Source: an uncultured Acidobacteriota bacterium
GTDB lineage: Bacteria; Acidobacteriota; Terriglobia; UBA7540
DNA length: 64,000 bases
Assembly (NCBI GenBank): GCA_963804995.1
Contig: CAWDSK010000004.1
Coordinates: 128,001 to 192,000 of the forward strand
Direction: 5' to 3'
Of this stretch, positions 31,019-39,922 are shown one piece after another. Position 1 is the stretch's first letter; the number at the start of each line of letters is the position of its first letter. The notes under the pieces are model-generated. The model saw only the letters and a list, made by a program, of their open reading frames with translations, was not told the origin of the DNA and made no database searches. Both the position numbers and the translations under genes were made by a program.

Positions 31019-31339
31019 TTACGATACGGCGGCGCGCAGTCTAAACTGAATCCCTTCCTGATCGAGCAAATAGGAAACGATGGCAAACAGATTTTGCGCT
31101 TGGGGATTACCCTGCGGTCCGAGCATCCGCATCAGGCTTTTGGGCGAGCGGTGGGTGGCCTCGGCCAACTCGACAAATCCGATCGTGGCATTGATGTAGT
31201 CGCGGAGCACGGTCTTGCCCGTCTCGACGTCTCCGTTCAGCATGGTTTCCACACCCTCGCGGAGAAGTTCCCGGCGAAAGGCGGGATCGCGTTGGACGCG
31301 CGCTTTGATGGTTTCCTTAAAATCGCGAGTCAGAGCCAT
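31019..31339 (-). CDS. Addiction-module antitoxin / HTH regulator
   Basis: MALTRDFKETI...LRDYINATIGF..LA..KSLMRMLGPQGNP. Confidence 0.8.
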   Translation of the reverse strand: MALTRDFKETIKARVQRDPAFRRELLREGVETMLNGDVETGKTVLRDYINATIGFVELAEATHRSPKSLMRMLGPQGNPQAQNLFAIVSYLLDQEGIQFRLRAAVS

Positions 31340-31492
31340 TATTGGTCTCCCTCTTTCTTCGGCTAAATTGCCATGGCCTAACCGCGTCACTGCCATAGTC
31401 ACCTTCGCGGCAGCCGGCGCGTGCAGGTTGTCAAACCAAATCGCGAAGGGACCGTTTCCCTCGTGGTCCAGATACTCGCGCACATCGACCAA
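31340..31492 (-). pseudogene. Truncated RelE/ParE-type addiction-module toxin, fused in frame to the antitoxin
   Basis: VREYLDHEGNGPFAIWFDNL..AAAKVTMAVTRLGHGNL, then an abrupt end; the usual C-terminal half (ELRI..GPGYRVY) is absent. Confidence 0.7.
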
Positions 31493-31568
31493 ACCCAATG
31501 GTAACATATCTGGTACCAATGCCAAGCAGGTAGTTACAAGCCGCAGTTAATTCTCTCGTGCTCCTAGA

Positions 31569-31784
31569 CTTTCCCTTCGATCGCAAACCCACAGTCAATT
31601 TCCAAGACGAATTGACCGTGGCCACCTCCGGGTCACACAACTTCCGGCGCTGTTCGAAGGGGTGATTGCAATCATGCGATGTAGGGGTAGGGCTCTCGAC
31701 TCCGTCGGGACAGGTTGCCCTACCCGGCGTTCCGCATGATGAATGCGGAACCAGGGGGCGGGTCGCCGCGGCGACTCCCCCTAC
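31569..31784. repeat. 216-bp composite REP/MITE element; inverted copy at 50652-50867; its hairpin unit recurs at 34430-34515 and 35258-35342
   Basis: Long reverse-complement similarity; hairpin CCACGGTCAATTC-loop-GAATTGACCGTGG with GTAG/GTGG foot. Confidence 0.8.
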
Positions 31785-31815
31785 GGCAGAAGGGTGTGTG
31801 GACACAACCCTTGCG

Positions 31816-32112
31816 TTAGCTGGTGGCTGTGGCGAAGAACTGCTTGACGTGCAGCTTCTTGGCGTGGCGCTTCGCTTGCCACAGATCGTAGGCAAGCTGC
31901 ATCTGCAACCAGTGCTCCGGCGTGCTCCCAAACGCCTGGGCGAGGCGCAGCGCCATTTCCGCCGTGATTCCGGAGCGGCCGTTGAGAATCGACGAGAGGG
32001 TCTTGCGCGTGACTCCCAAGCCCTTCGCCGCCTCGGTCACACTCAACCCAAGCGCCTTAAGGCAGTCCTCCCGGACTATTTCGCCGGGATGCGGGGGATT
32101 GTACATATCCAT
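31816..32112 (-). CDS. higA: HigA-family antitoxin
   Basis: [36 protein letters not shown]. Confidence 0.92.
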   Translation of the reverse strand: MDMYNPPHPGEIVREDCLKALGLSVTEAAKGLGVTRKTLSSILNGRSGITAEMALRLAQAFGSTPEHWLQMQLAYDLWQAKRHAKKLHVKQFFATATS

Positions 32113-32130
32113 GTTAGTTCTCTCCTCTCG

Positions 32131-34365
32131 CTAGTGGTAATCGGCCAAATCAACATCGGTGGCGTTTTCACCATCGAAGCGGAACACCAGCCGCCAATTG
32201 CCCGACACCGAAACCACCCATTCGCCCTTGCGCTCGCCCACAAGTGGATGCAATTGATAACCGGCAATGTTCATGTTCATCGGGCTCGAAGCGGTGGCAA
32301 GCGTCACCAGCAGGCGGCGCAACCGCTTCACCTGTTGAGCGCTCACCCCTCGTGTGGTAGGGTCGGGAACTGGCGCGGCGGCTCCGAGAAAGCTCCGAGC
32401 CCCGTTTCCAGCTCCCGCCACATCACACGTAGCGTGCGGATTTCCCGCACTACGCGTTCCTGCACACTTCACGGCAAGGGTTATGGGGCCTATCGGGTCG
32501 GGGCGGCTGCCCAGGAGGATGACTGATGGACCACGCGGTACTCGTGGAAGAGCCCGAGCGTGCCATACAGCCACTCCTTACGCCACCGCTTCCATCCGAA
32601 GCCTGGGCGTTGTCTGGCCCTCGCCAAGTGGCACCGAATCTTCTTCTCTACCCAGTCGCGGATATACGAGAAGCACCGGCTGGAGTGCCCGACCGCAAAG
32701 TAGTTCACCCAGCCGCGCAGAATGGGATTGATCTGCTCGATCAACCCCCTCACAGGCTGAGAGCGATAGCTCCGGAAAACTAGCTTGAGCTTGCGTAGCA
32801 ATGCCGTCCGCTTCTTGCCCCGCGGCGTACGCAGCGGCATCCATCGGCCCCGCCGACTGCGGATGCGACGGAACTCAAACCCCAGAAATCCGAAACTCTC
32901 TCCTTGCTGAAGATCCACCCTCCGGCTTTTCTCCTCGTTCACCTCAACCTGCAGCTTGGCCAACTCCTCCCGTAGCCGCTTTTCCACTGCCTTGCGAAGC
33001 CAGGCCTGCCGGGGATGAGCGTTCACCAGAACCACCAGATCATCGGCGAATCTGGCATATTCGACGTTCATCCACCGCCCCTCGCGGGTGACTTCCTTCG
33101 CCTTTTCCAGCATCTTGTCCACCTCATTGAGGTACACGTTACTGAGCAAGGGCGAAATCACCCCGCCTTGCGGAACACCCTGCTTCCCCGACGCCTTCAG
33201 CAGCAGTTTGAGCAGCCCTAGGACCTCGGTGTCGTTCACTCGCCGTGCCACCTTCTCCAGTACGAGGGAATGTCGAACCGTATCGAAGTAGGAACGCAAG
33301 TTGAGATCAACGACAAAGGTCATGTGCCGCACGATTGCCTCCGAGACGCGTTGAATCGCAGCGTGGGCTGACTTCTTCGGCCGGTAGCCAAACGATCCCG
33401 GTTGGAAATCGGCCTCAAAGATCGGTTCCAGGATCAGCTTCAACGCTCCCTGGACCACTCGGTCGCGAATGCAAGGAATCGAAAGTTGGCGAACCTTTCC
33501 GCCCTCCTTCGGAATCCCTACCTTCCGCAGCCGTTGAGGTCGATATCTCCGCTGCACCAGCTCCTCGCGAAGCTGTTCGAGAAATCCCTGCAAGCCTTCA
33601 GCCTCGATTGCCTGGAACGTGACCCCATCTACTCCTGGGGCTCCCTTGTTCTCCTTAGCTAGCTGATACGCTTCCCAGAGAGTTTCTCGTTTGCAGACGT
33701 GGACATACAACCCCCAGAATCGCCAAGTCGGTTCAGCCTTCGCCTTGACGTAAAGTCTTCGCCGCAGGTCTTGCAGCTTAAAGGGCGCTTTTATCATTTC
33801 ACCCCTGCCTCCCATGTTGGCCAAGACTTGCTGTGCAGCAAGGCCCCTTCGCTCCATGGGCGTTACCCCACTTCGTCGCTACTTCGAGCCTAACCGCCAC
33901 CGTCTCGCCGTCAGCCGATTTCCCGTTGTCTCCGGTTATACGGCCTACCCTGCTCCACCGATCTCTCGATGGGACGAGGACGGTTTCTCCAGTTGCTTGA
34001 CATGCCCTTGCCACCGTGCTGCCCCTACCACCCCGCCGGAGTGACATGTTGTCTCGGTCAGCCCACGTCATGCCATGCTGCCTTCGCCCCGAAGGAGAGG
34101 GCTCGGCCTCCGGATTTATTTTTTTGTCGAGGCCACCTATGGGTTCACTTGCGTTACGGCCCGGTGACTCGCTCACCATCCCTTGGATGGCTTTGTCGGT
34201 CAGCTTCATCCGCTTCGTTTCCTCCACGGATGCGACCCAAGCTACAAGGCTCCTGACTCTTGCCTTGGTGGGACTAACTCCCACTGAACATACCAGCCTT
34301 TGCTGGACACACTCCCCCGAGGTAAAAAGCCGTTCCAGCCCCTTATGACGAAACCGGATTATCAT
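32131..34365 (-). CDS. higB: HigB (plasmid maintenance killer) toxin split by a group II intron; exons 34365-34313 and 32356-32131
   Basis: Joined exons (279 nt) read MIIRFRHKGLERLFTSGDTRGVSAQQVKRL...LHPLVGERKGEWVVSVSGNWRLVFRF..DYH, 92 aa in frame. Confidence 0.9.
32357..34312 (-). mobile_element. Group II intron (1956 nt), sense orientation in higB
   Basis: 5' GTGTG; domain V/VI-like GCGGGAAATCCGCACGCTACGTG...CCCGACCCTAC 3' end; internal RT. Confidence 0.92.
32490..33797 (-). CDS. ltrA: Group II intron reverse transcriptase/maturase (no endonuclease domain)
   Basis: APGVDG, RDRVVQ, SFGYRP, PQGGVISPLL, FADD, domain X NPILRGWVNYF; motif A reads VDLNL. Confidence 0.93.
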   Translation of the reverse strand: MIKAPFKLQDLRRRLYVKAKAEPTWRFWGLYVHVCKRETLWEAYQLAKENKGAPGVDGVTFQAIEAEGLQGFLEQLREELVQRRYRPQRLRKVGIPKEGGKVRQLSIPCIRDRVVQGALKLILEPIFEADFQPGSFGYRPKKSAHAAIQRVSEAIVRHMTFVVDLNLRSYFDTVRHSLVLEKVARRVNDTEVLGLLKLLLKASGKQGVPQGGVISPLLSNVYLNEVDKMLEKAKEVTREGRWMNVEYARFADDLVVLVNAHPRQAWLRKAVEKRLREELAKLQVEVNEEKSRRVDLQQGESFGFLGFEFRRIRSRRGRWMPLRTPRGKKRTALLRKLKLVFRSYRSQPVRGLIEQINPILRGWVNYFAVGHSSRCFSYIRDWVEKKIRCHLARARQRPGFGWKRWRKEWLYGTLGLFHEYRVVHQSSSWAAAPTR

Positions 34366-34373
34366 GTGCGTGT

Positions 34374-34402
34374 AGTGTAACTACTCAGGTTACAAAAGTC
34401 AA
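34374..34402 (-). promoter_or_regulatory. higBA promoter with overlapping palindromic operator
   Basis: TTGACT-17 bp-TACACT; TGTAAC-N7-GTTACA at 34376-34394. Confidence 0.6.
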
Positions 34403-34575
34403 ATGCCTTCTGGTGCTTCCGTCCAGCGGGCCACGGTCACTGCATTTGCGACCGTGGGCATTTCCTCGATGACGGACCCACGGTCAATTCCCCAGACGAA
34501 TTGACCGTGGCTACCACCGCCAAATCAACCAATCTCTTGCGCCGCTTGCTTTACTTTATGCTATAATGTAAAGCG

Positions 34576-34797
34576 ATGGCGGAAACGACACTTTCAACCA
34601 AGAACCAGATTGTGATCCCACGGGAGGCTCGCGAGGCTTTGCAGTTAAAGCCCGGCGATAAGCTCTTGGTGGTGGTTTGTGGAGAGAGGGTCATTGCCCT
34701 GCAAAAGCCCAAATCCCCTCATGCCGCGATTCGAGGGTTAGCTCGCGGCGCCTATCCCCGCGATTATCTTCAAAAGGAACGCCAGAGTTGGGAATAG
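34576..34797 (+). CDS. AbrB/MazE-type antitoxin (VapB-like)
   Basis: LSTKNQIVIPREAREALQLKPGD; upstream TGnTATAAT inside a GCTTTAC..GTAAAGC operator. Confidence 0.85.
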   Translation: MAETTLSTKNQIVIPREAREALQLKPGDKLLVVVCGERVIALQKPKSPHAAIRGLARGAYPRDYLQKERQSWE

Positions 34798-35240
34798 ACC
34801 GTCTCCGCGCCTTTCTTCGGCATCACCACCGGGTCGCCCTGGATACGAACGTCTTCATTTACCAATTAGAAGCGAACTCCCGATACCTTGCCCTCACGGA
34901 TCACATTTTTTCCTGGCTCGAACGTCCCGCTTCGAAGGCGTTCACGTTAACTATTACCATGATGGAATTGCTGGTTCATCCTTATTGCGAGCTGGACGAA
35001 TCGCGGGTGGATGAGTTCTACGGGTTACTCTCCACCTATCCCAACCTGGATTGGATTGCCCCAGACCTGGAAATTGCGGATCTTGCAGCGCGGATTCGTG
35101 CCCGACACCGCCTGCAATCTCCCGATGCTCTGCAGGCCGCGACCGCCGCACACGCTAAGGCGACCGGGTTGATTACCAATGATCCGGTCTTTGAGCGGGT
35201 GGAAGCCTTTGAAACGCTGGTATTGGATCAGATCCTCTAA
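34788..35240 (+). CDS. vapC: PIN-domain toxin (VapC-like)
   Basis: ALDTNVFIY, PDALQAATA, LITND; TTG start overlaps the antitoxin end. Confidence 0.88.
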   Translation: MGIDRLRAFLRHHHRVALDTNVFIYQLEANSRYLALTDHIFSWLERPASKAFTLTITMMELLVHPYCELDESRVDEFYGLLSTYPNLDWIAPDLEIADLAARIRARHRLQSPDALQAATAAHAKATGLITNDPVFERVEAFETLVLDQIL

Positions 35241-35430
35241 GCATTCCTAGCGAGATCGCCACAGTCACTGTATTTGTGACACTGGGCCTTTCGATGCCGA
35301 ACCCGCGGTCAATTCCCAAGACGAATTGGCCGTGGCTACCTCCCCGATTTGTCCTGTCGGCCACCAGCCTCCGTTCAGCACCACCCTCGTTTCAGCACCA
35401 CCCCGACCGTCGGCTGACGGACACCCCTCC

Positions 35431-36309
35431 TCATCGTTCATACGAGATGCCATAGATCTTGCGCCCGGTTCCCATCATGTCGCGGCGGCGTACGACTTGG
35501 GAACGCACCTCAATGTTGTGTCCGCCTTGTTCATAGGGACAGGTCACCAACAGGACCTCTCCCTCTTCATAGTTGTTGTCGGAAATGAAACACAAGCCGC
35601 TGCGCGAAACGTTTTCTGACCGCGTAAATTCTTCCGAGCCGTAGTAACTCCTCACCCGGATGGGCAACTGCAAGGCCACGCGATTATGGAAGCGGCGGTT
35701 GCCTTTCGTCTTGTGGGATTCCAGAACTTCGGCGTTGGTATCCGGATCCTCGTAAGACAAGTCGTGGGCAGGGTCCCTGTAGCTCCAGGGTGTGGAACGT
35801 CCGCAGGGCTCGCACTCCTTGACCAGCAAGCCCGAGGTCCCCAGCACTTCCAGTTCAACCATGGAGAGCGCGCTCAATTTCAATGCGTGGCACCGGCGGC
35901 ACTCGATTAAGGCCGTACAGGCGCCTAAATCCTGTTGGGGAGGCGGAAAGCCGATTCCCCAAAGGTTCGCTTTCTCGTTGAGGCACTCGAGACCCCATTC
36001 CCCGCCCTCCCCGGTGGCGGGTTGGGTGGGCCCGACGACTCGAAACTTAGCCTTCCGGTGCCCCATGTTGTTGGTCACGAGCACCACGGCGCCTGCCGCC
36101 ACAGGTTCCTTGAGGAAAATCCGCGCCCCTTGCCGATTAATGACGATGGTGCGGGTGGCCTCGTTAAATTTCTCACCCCACCGATTTACGCCTTCGACCT
36201 GGATCGGTACGGTGAGGAGCAAGCGCTCACTGCGGCGGCGCTCGATCTCTCGCATCGAAGCCCGGGGCGACGTTACGGGGGCCTGGCCAGCCTCCGGAGG
36301 CTCACTCAT
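35431..36309 (-). CDS. Double PilZ-domain protein
   Basis: ERRRSER and NRRFHNR (RxxxR) with NRQGA and NVSRSG; central CxxC pairs. Confidence 0.85.
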   Translation of the reverse strand: MSEPPEAGQAPVTSPRASMREIERRRSERLLLTVPIQVEGVNRWGEKFNEATRTIVINRQGARIFLKEPVAAGAVVLVTNNMGHRKAKFRVVGPTQPATGEGGEWGLECLNEKANLWGIGFPPPQQDLGACTALIECRRCHALKLSALSMVELEVLGTSGLLVKECEPCGRSTPWSYRDPAHDLSYEDPDTNAEVLESHKTKGNRRFHNRVALQLPIRVRSYYGSEEFTRSENVSRSGLCFISDNNYEEGEVLLVTCPYEQGGHNIEVRSQVVRRRDMMGTGRKIYGISYER

Positions 36310-36602
36310 CTCCGTATCCCCAAACCTGTTCTTGCCACTTCCTAGTCACAGGAAGAATCCTCCGTCCCCATTTACGCAATTGTCTACTTTAACACAGTGC
36401 ACCCACCTAAGGTGAGCGCGACTCGGGTGGGGATTGCGTCAATCTGGTGATGTAGCGGCGAGTTTACCTCGCCATATGGCGGCGTCCCGATCAGATCGGG
36501 ATTTGGAGTTTCTACATTTAGGTCTGGCAAAGTAAGATTTCTATTGACAGACCTCCCTGATTTCCGTTACCTTCCTCCTGAGTCCTGGCTCCGGAGGTTA
36601 AC

Positions 36603-36938
36603 TTGCCTGACGATCTCAAGGATTCCATTCTTTCGATATTCGAGGCCTCACTGGATGCCCAGTTGCGGGCGGTTCGCCGTCTCCGCGGCGGTTCCCCAGC
36701 CCCCGCCCCGAGGCCGCGCCGCACAGGTCTGTCCCAAGTGGACATGGCGTACGACATACTCAAGAAGGCCCGTACCCCCTTGCACATTTCCGAACTCCTG
36801 GCGCGCCTCCGCGCCGCCTTCCACGTCACCGTCGATCGCGAGAGCCTGGTCTCTTCGCTGACCAAAAAAGTCGCCCGCGGCGATCGCTTCCTGCGTACCG
36901 GGAAGAACACTTTCGGCTTACGTCCGGAGGCCCGATGA
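36603..36938 (+). CDS. Winged-helix (HARE-HTH-like) accessory protein of the IS
   Basis: AYDILKKARTPLHISELL...RFLRTGKNTFGL; ATGA overlap with the transposase. Confidence 0.7.
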   Translation: MPDDLKDSILSIFEASLDAQLRAVRRLRGGSPAPAPRPRRTGLSQVDMAYDILKKARTPLHISELLARLRAAFHVTVDRESLVSSLTKKVARGDRFLRTGKNTFGLRPEAR

Positions 36939-38314
36939 CTCTGTTCGCCGCCTGGTCGGAGATCGTGGCGGACTGGGCCCCCACTTTTCCCCAGCAGCGC
37001 ACCCTGCAGCGCGCCGTGCGCCAGGCCCTGGGCGCCTTGGTCTGCGTGGGTCGACGCTGTCTTTCGCGTATCCTCTGGACCCAGGGCCGCCAGCAGCGCA
37101 GTTGGTCGAGCGAATACTTTCTCCACTCGCGTTGTCACTGGGAACCGCAGACGTTGTTTGCCGGCGTCTGGCGCCGCGCCTTGCCCTATTGTCCCGGCCG
37201 CCTGGTGGGCGTGGCCGTCGACGACACCCGCCTGCGCAAGACCGGCCGCGCCATTCCCCAGGCGCGTTATCACCGCGATCCCCTCTCGCCCCCCTTTCAT
37301 GTCAACCTCCTGCGCGGCGTGCGCTTTCTGCAAGCTTCCCTGCTGCTGCCCCTGCATCGGCACGCCCCCGCCAGCTGCCGCGCTCTGCCCGTGCGCTTTG
37401 AAGAGGCGGCGCCGCTGAAAAAGCCCTCCCGCAAGGCGAAAGAGGAAGCCTGGCAGGAATATAAAAGGATGCGCAAGCTCCACAACCTCTCGCAGCGTTT
37501 TGTGCAGAGCGTGGCCCCCTTGCGCCAGGCGCTGGATGCGGCCGGGGGTGGGGCCAAGCTGCTGGTGCTGGCTCTGGATGGCAGCTTCTGCAACCGCACC
37601 TGTCTGCGCGCCCCCCGCGATCGCACCGAGTTGATCGCCCGCGCCCGCAAGGATGCGCGCCTCGGCTTTCGCGCTCCCCAGCCTTCTCGCCGCTTTTACG
37701 CCCTCTCCACCTTTACCCCCGAACAGGTCCGGCAGGACGAGTCCCACCTCTGGCAGCAAACCAAGCTCTTCTACGGAGGCAAGCGCCGCCGCCTCCGTTA
37801 TAAAGAGGTGTCGCAAGTCTACTGGCGTCGGGGCGCCGGCCAGATCCCCCTGCGGCTCTTCGTCGTGGCTCCTACCCCCTATCGCAAACGGAAGAGCTCC
37901 AGACTCTACTACCGTCAACCGGCCTACCTGCTGACCACCGACCTGCGGCACTCTGCCCCTCAGTTGCTGCAAATCTACTTCGACCGCTGGCAGATCGAAG
38001 TCAACCACCGCGACGAGAAGGAGACGCTGGGTGTCGGACAAGCCCAGTTATGGAACGTTAACGCCGTGCCCAAGCAACCTGCCCTGGTCGTGGCCGCCTA
38101 CAGCGCGCTGCTCCTGGCTTCTCTCCAAGCCTTCGGCACCGAGCGTGGCACGGCCTATCAGGCTCTGCCCCGGTGGCGACGCAAGGCCCACCGCCCTTCC
38201 TGCCTCGACCTCGTCACCCTGCTGCGCCAAGAAATGGTCGACCACCCGGAATGTCCCCAATCTCTGGGCTTCCAACTCACCGACCGCGCCCTCACCCACG
38301 CCGCTGATGCATAA
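36935..38314 (+). CDS. DDE transposase, IS701-like
   Basis: VAVDDT..KTG, LALDGSF, RWQIEVNHRDEK..LG. Confidence 0.88.
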   Translation: MTLFAAWSEIVADWAPTFPQQRTLQRAVRQALGALVCVGRRCLSRILWTQGRQQRSWSSEYFLHSRCHWEPQTLFAGVWRRALPYCPGRLVGVAVDDTRLRKTGRAIPQARYHRDPLSPPFHVNLLRGVRFLQASLLLPLHRHAPASCRALPVRFEEAAPLKKPSRKAKEEAWQEYKRMRKLHNLSQRFVQSVAPLRQALDAAGGGAKLLVLALDGSFCNRTCLRAPRDRTELIARARKDARLGFRAPQPSRRFYALSTFTPEQVRQDESHLWQQTKLFYGGKRRRLRYKEVSQVYWRRGAGQIPLRLFVVAPTPYRKRKSSRLYYRQPAYLLTTDLRHSAPQLLQIYFDRWQIEVNHRDEKETLGVGQAQLWNVNAVPKQPALVVAAYSALLLASLQAFGTERGTAYQALPRWRRKAHRPSCLDLVTLLRQEMVDHPECPQSLGFQLTDRALTHAADA

Positions 38315-38454
38315 TAAATGTAGAAACTCCAGGTCCCGATCAGATCGGGATGAATGCCCCCACCTCTGCATCAGATTGGTGCCACCACTTCATTCTGTCA
38401 GCGCCGCCACGATCAGCACCACCCCGGCGCTTGGCGCGCCACCCCTCCTCATCT

Positions 38455-38553
38455 GAGGCGGTCTCAAAACTGGCAAATTCACGGTTTTTACGACGAATAA
38501 TCAATAACTTACGCTGTGCAAAAGTCAGAAATACCTAGTTTTGAGACAGCCTC
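38455..38553. mobile_element. 99-bp MITE with ATCT target duplication, inserted in a REP-like element (empty copy at 42166-42260)
   Basis: IRs GAGGCGGTCTCAAAACT / AGTTTTGAGACAGCCTC; ATCT at 38451-38454 and 38554-38557. Confidence 0.78.
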
Positions 38554-38831
38554 ATCTGAGGAGGGGAGTGTTTTTAAGAACTCCCCTCCTGATTTAGGAG
38601 GGGTGGCGCCGGAGGCGACGGGGTGGTTACTTCATCCGCCGGGCGCCTTGGCCAACGTCTCATGCTATCCGCGCCCCGCGTCTAACCAGATTTGCCCAAC
38701 GGGGCCTAACGGGGGGTTGACGGAAATAAATCCAGATAGTATCCTCCGCCACGATCATCATGCTTCCGAAATCAATCCCTTTCCGCCGGCGCAACCCGGA
38801 ATCTTATTAACGGGAGGAACCCAAACTCGCC

Positions 38832-39752
38832 ATGAAGCTGCATCATGTCATCGAAGCGCAACAGTTCGACACCCCGACGCTCCTGCATATTTTCGACGCG
38901 GCCACAGAGATGGAGCAGGTTGTGGCCCGCGGCGGCACGTCCGATTTCCAAAGGCGCATTATGGCCACGCTCTTCTATGAACCTTCTACGCGCACCCGCT
39001 TCTCGTTTGAGACCGCCATGCATCGTCTGGGTGGGCAGGTCATCTCGACGGAAAACGCCGCCGAATTTTCCTCGGTGGCCAAAGGTGAAACCCTGGAAGA
39101 CACCATCCAGATCCTGAATGGCTACGCGGACGTTATCGTCATCCGCCATTACGAAGTCGGGTCCGCCAAGCGCGCCTCCGCGGTTTCACGCGTTCCGGTC
39201 ATCAATGCCGGGGACGGCGCGGGCCAGCATCCCACCCAGGCCCTGCTCGACCTTTACACCATCCGCAAGGAAATCGGCACGATCGACGGGCTGAAAATCG
39301 CCATGGTGGGAGACCTGGCTCAGGGCCGCACCGTCCGATCTCTCACCTACCTGCTGAGCAAGTTCAAGGACATCAAGATTTACTTTGTCGCGCCCACCCT
39401 CCTGAAAATGAAAGAGGATATCCTCGAGCACCTGTGCGAGCGCAACATCTGGTACGTGGAAGAAACGGACCTCGACAAGGTGTTGCCGGAGGTCGACGTC
39501 GTCTACCAAACGCGTATCCAGAAAGAGCGCTTTGGCGACCGCATTGCCGATTACGAGCAATGCCGGGGAGTGTACGTCATCAACCAGCACACTCTCAGCC
39601 TGATGCGGCCCAAGTCCATCGTCATGCACCCCCTGCCCCGCCTGGATGAAATCAGTATGGAAGTTGACGGCGACGCCCGCGCCGCTTACTTCCGGCAGGC
39701 CCAGAATGGCTTGTACGTGCGCATGGCGCTGCTCGCCACGGTGCTTGCCTGA
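38832..39752 (+). CDS. pyrB: Aspartate carbamoyltransferase catalytic subunit
   Basis: FYEPSTRTRFSF, NAGDG..HPTQALLD, MHPLP. Confidence 0.97.
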   Translation: MKLHHVIEAQQFDTPTLLHIFDAATEMEQVVARGGTSDFQRRIMATLFYEPSTRTRFSFETAMHRLGGQVISTENAAEFSSVAKGETLEDTIQILNGYADVIVIRHYEVGSAKRASAVSRVPVINAGDGAGQHPTQALLDLYTIRKEIGTIDGLKIAMVGDLAQGRTVRSLTYLLSKFKDIKIYFVAPTLLKMKEDILEHLCERNIWYVEETDLDKVLPEVDVVYQTRIQKERFGDRIADYEQCRGVYVINQHTLSLMRPKSIVMHPLPRLDEISMEVDGDARAAYFRQAQNGLYVRMALLATVLA

Positions 39753-39818
39753 ACAAGCAAGAATAGGCGCAATCGACCCTGGCGGCTCTGCCCCTTGAAT
39801 CGGTGTGCCGAAGGCACC

Positions 39819-39922
39819 TTGGACTGCGGTAGCAGCAGCTACCGCCTTGCTTCCTCCTCGACTTGTACATTTGCCCTCTGGACCGTAGGCGGAAGGCGGT
39901 AGCTGCTGCTACCGCAGTCCAA
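39819..39922. repeat. REPIN-like inverted repeat pair downstream of pyrB
   Basis: TTGGACTGCGGTAGCAGCAGCTACCGCCTT ... AAGGCGGTAGCTGCTGCTACCGCAGTCCAA. Confidence 0.75.

Larger units (their letters stand above)
36503..38332 (+). mobile_element. IS701-like two-gene insertion sequence with 19-bp flanking direct repeats
   Basis: 18-bp IRs (T/C)TGGAGTTTCTACATTTA; GTCCCGATCAGATCGGGAT at 36484-36502 and 38333-38351. Confidence 0.88.

Noticed and set aside
31666..32526. 286-aa plus-strand ORF
   Set aside because: Spans a REP element, higA, higB exon 2 and the intron end in antisense; not a plausible gene.
32131..32574. 147-aa stand-alone toxin ORF
   Set aside because: Its N-terminal half is intron domain V/VI sequence; the real N-terminus is at 34365.
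31569..35342. Classical integron attC sites between the TA modules
   Set aside because: No RYYYAAC/GTTRRRY ends and no IntI-type integrase; the repeats look like GTAG-type REPs.
36518..38041. 507-aa minus-strand ORF
   Set aside because: Antisense shadow of the IS genes in GC-rich DNA; no recognisable motifs.
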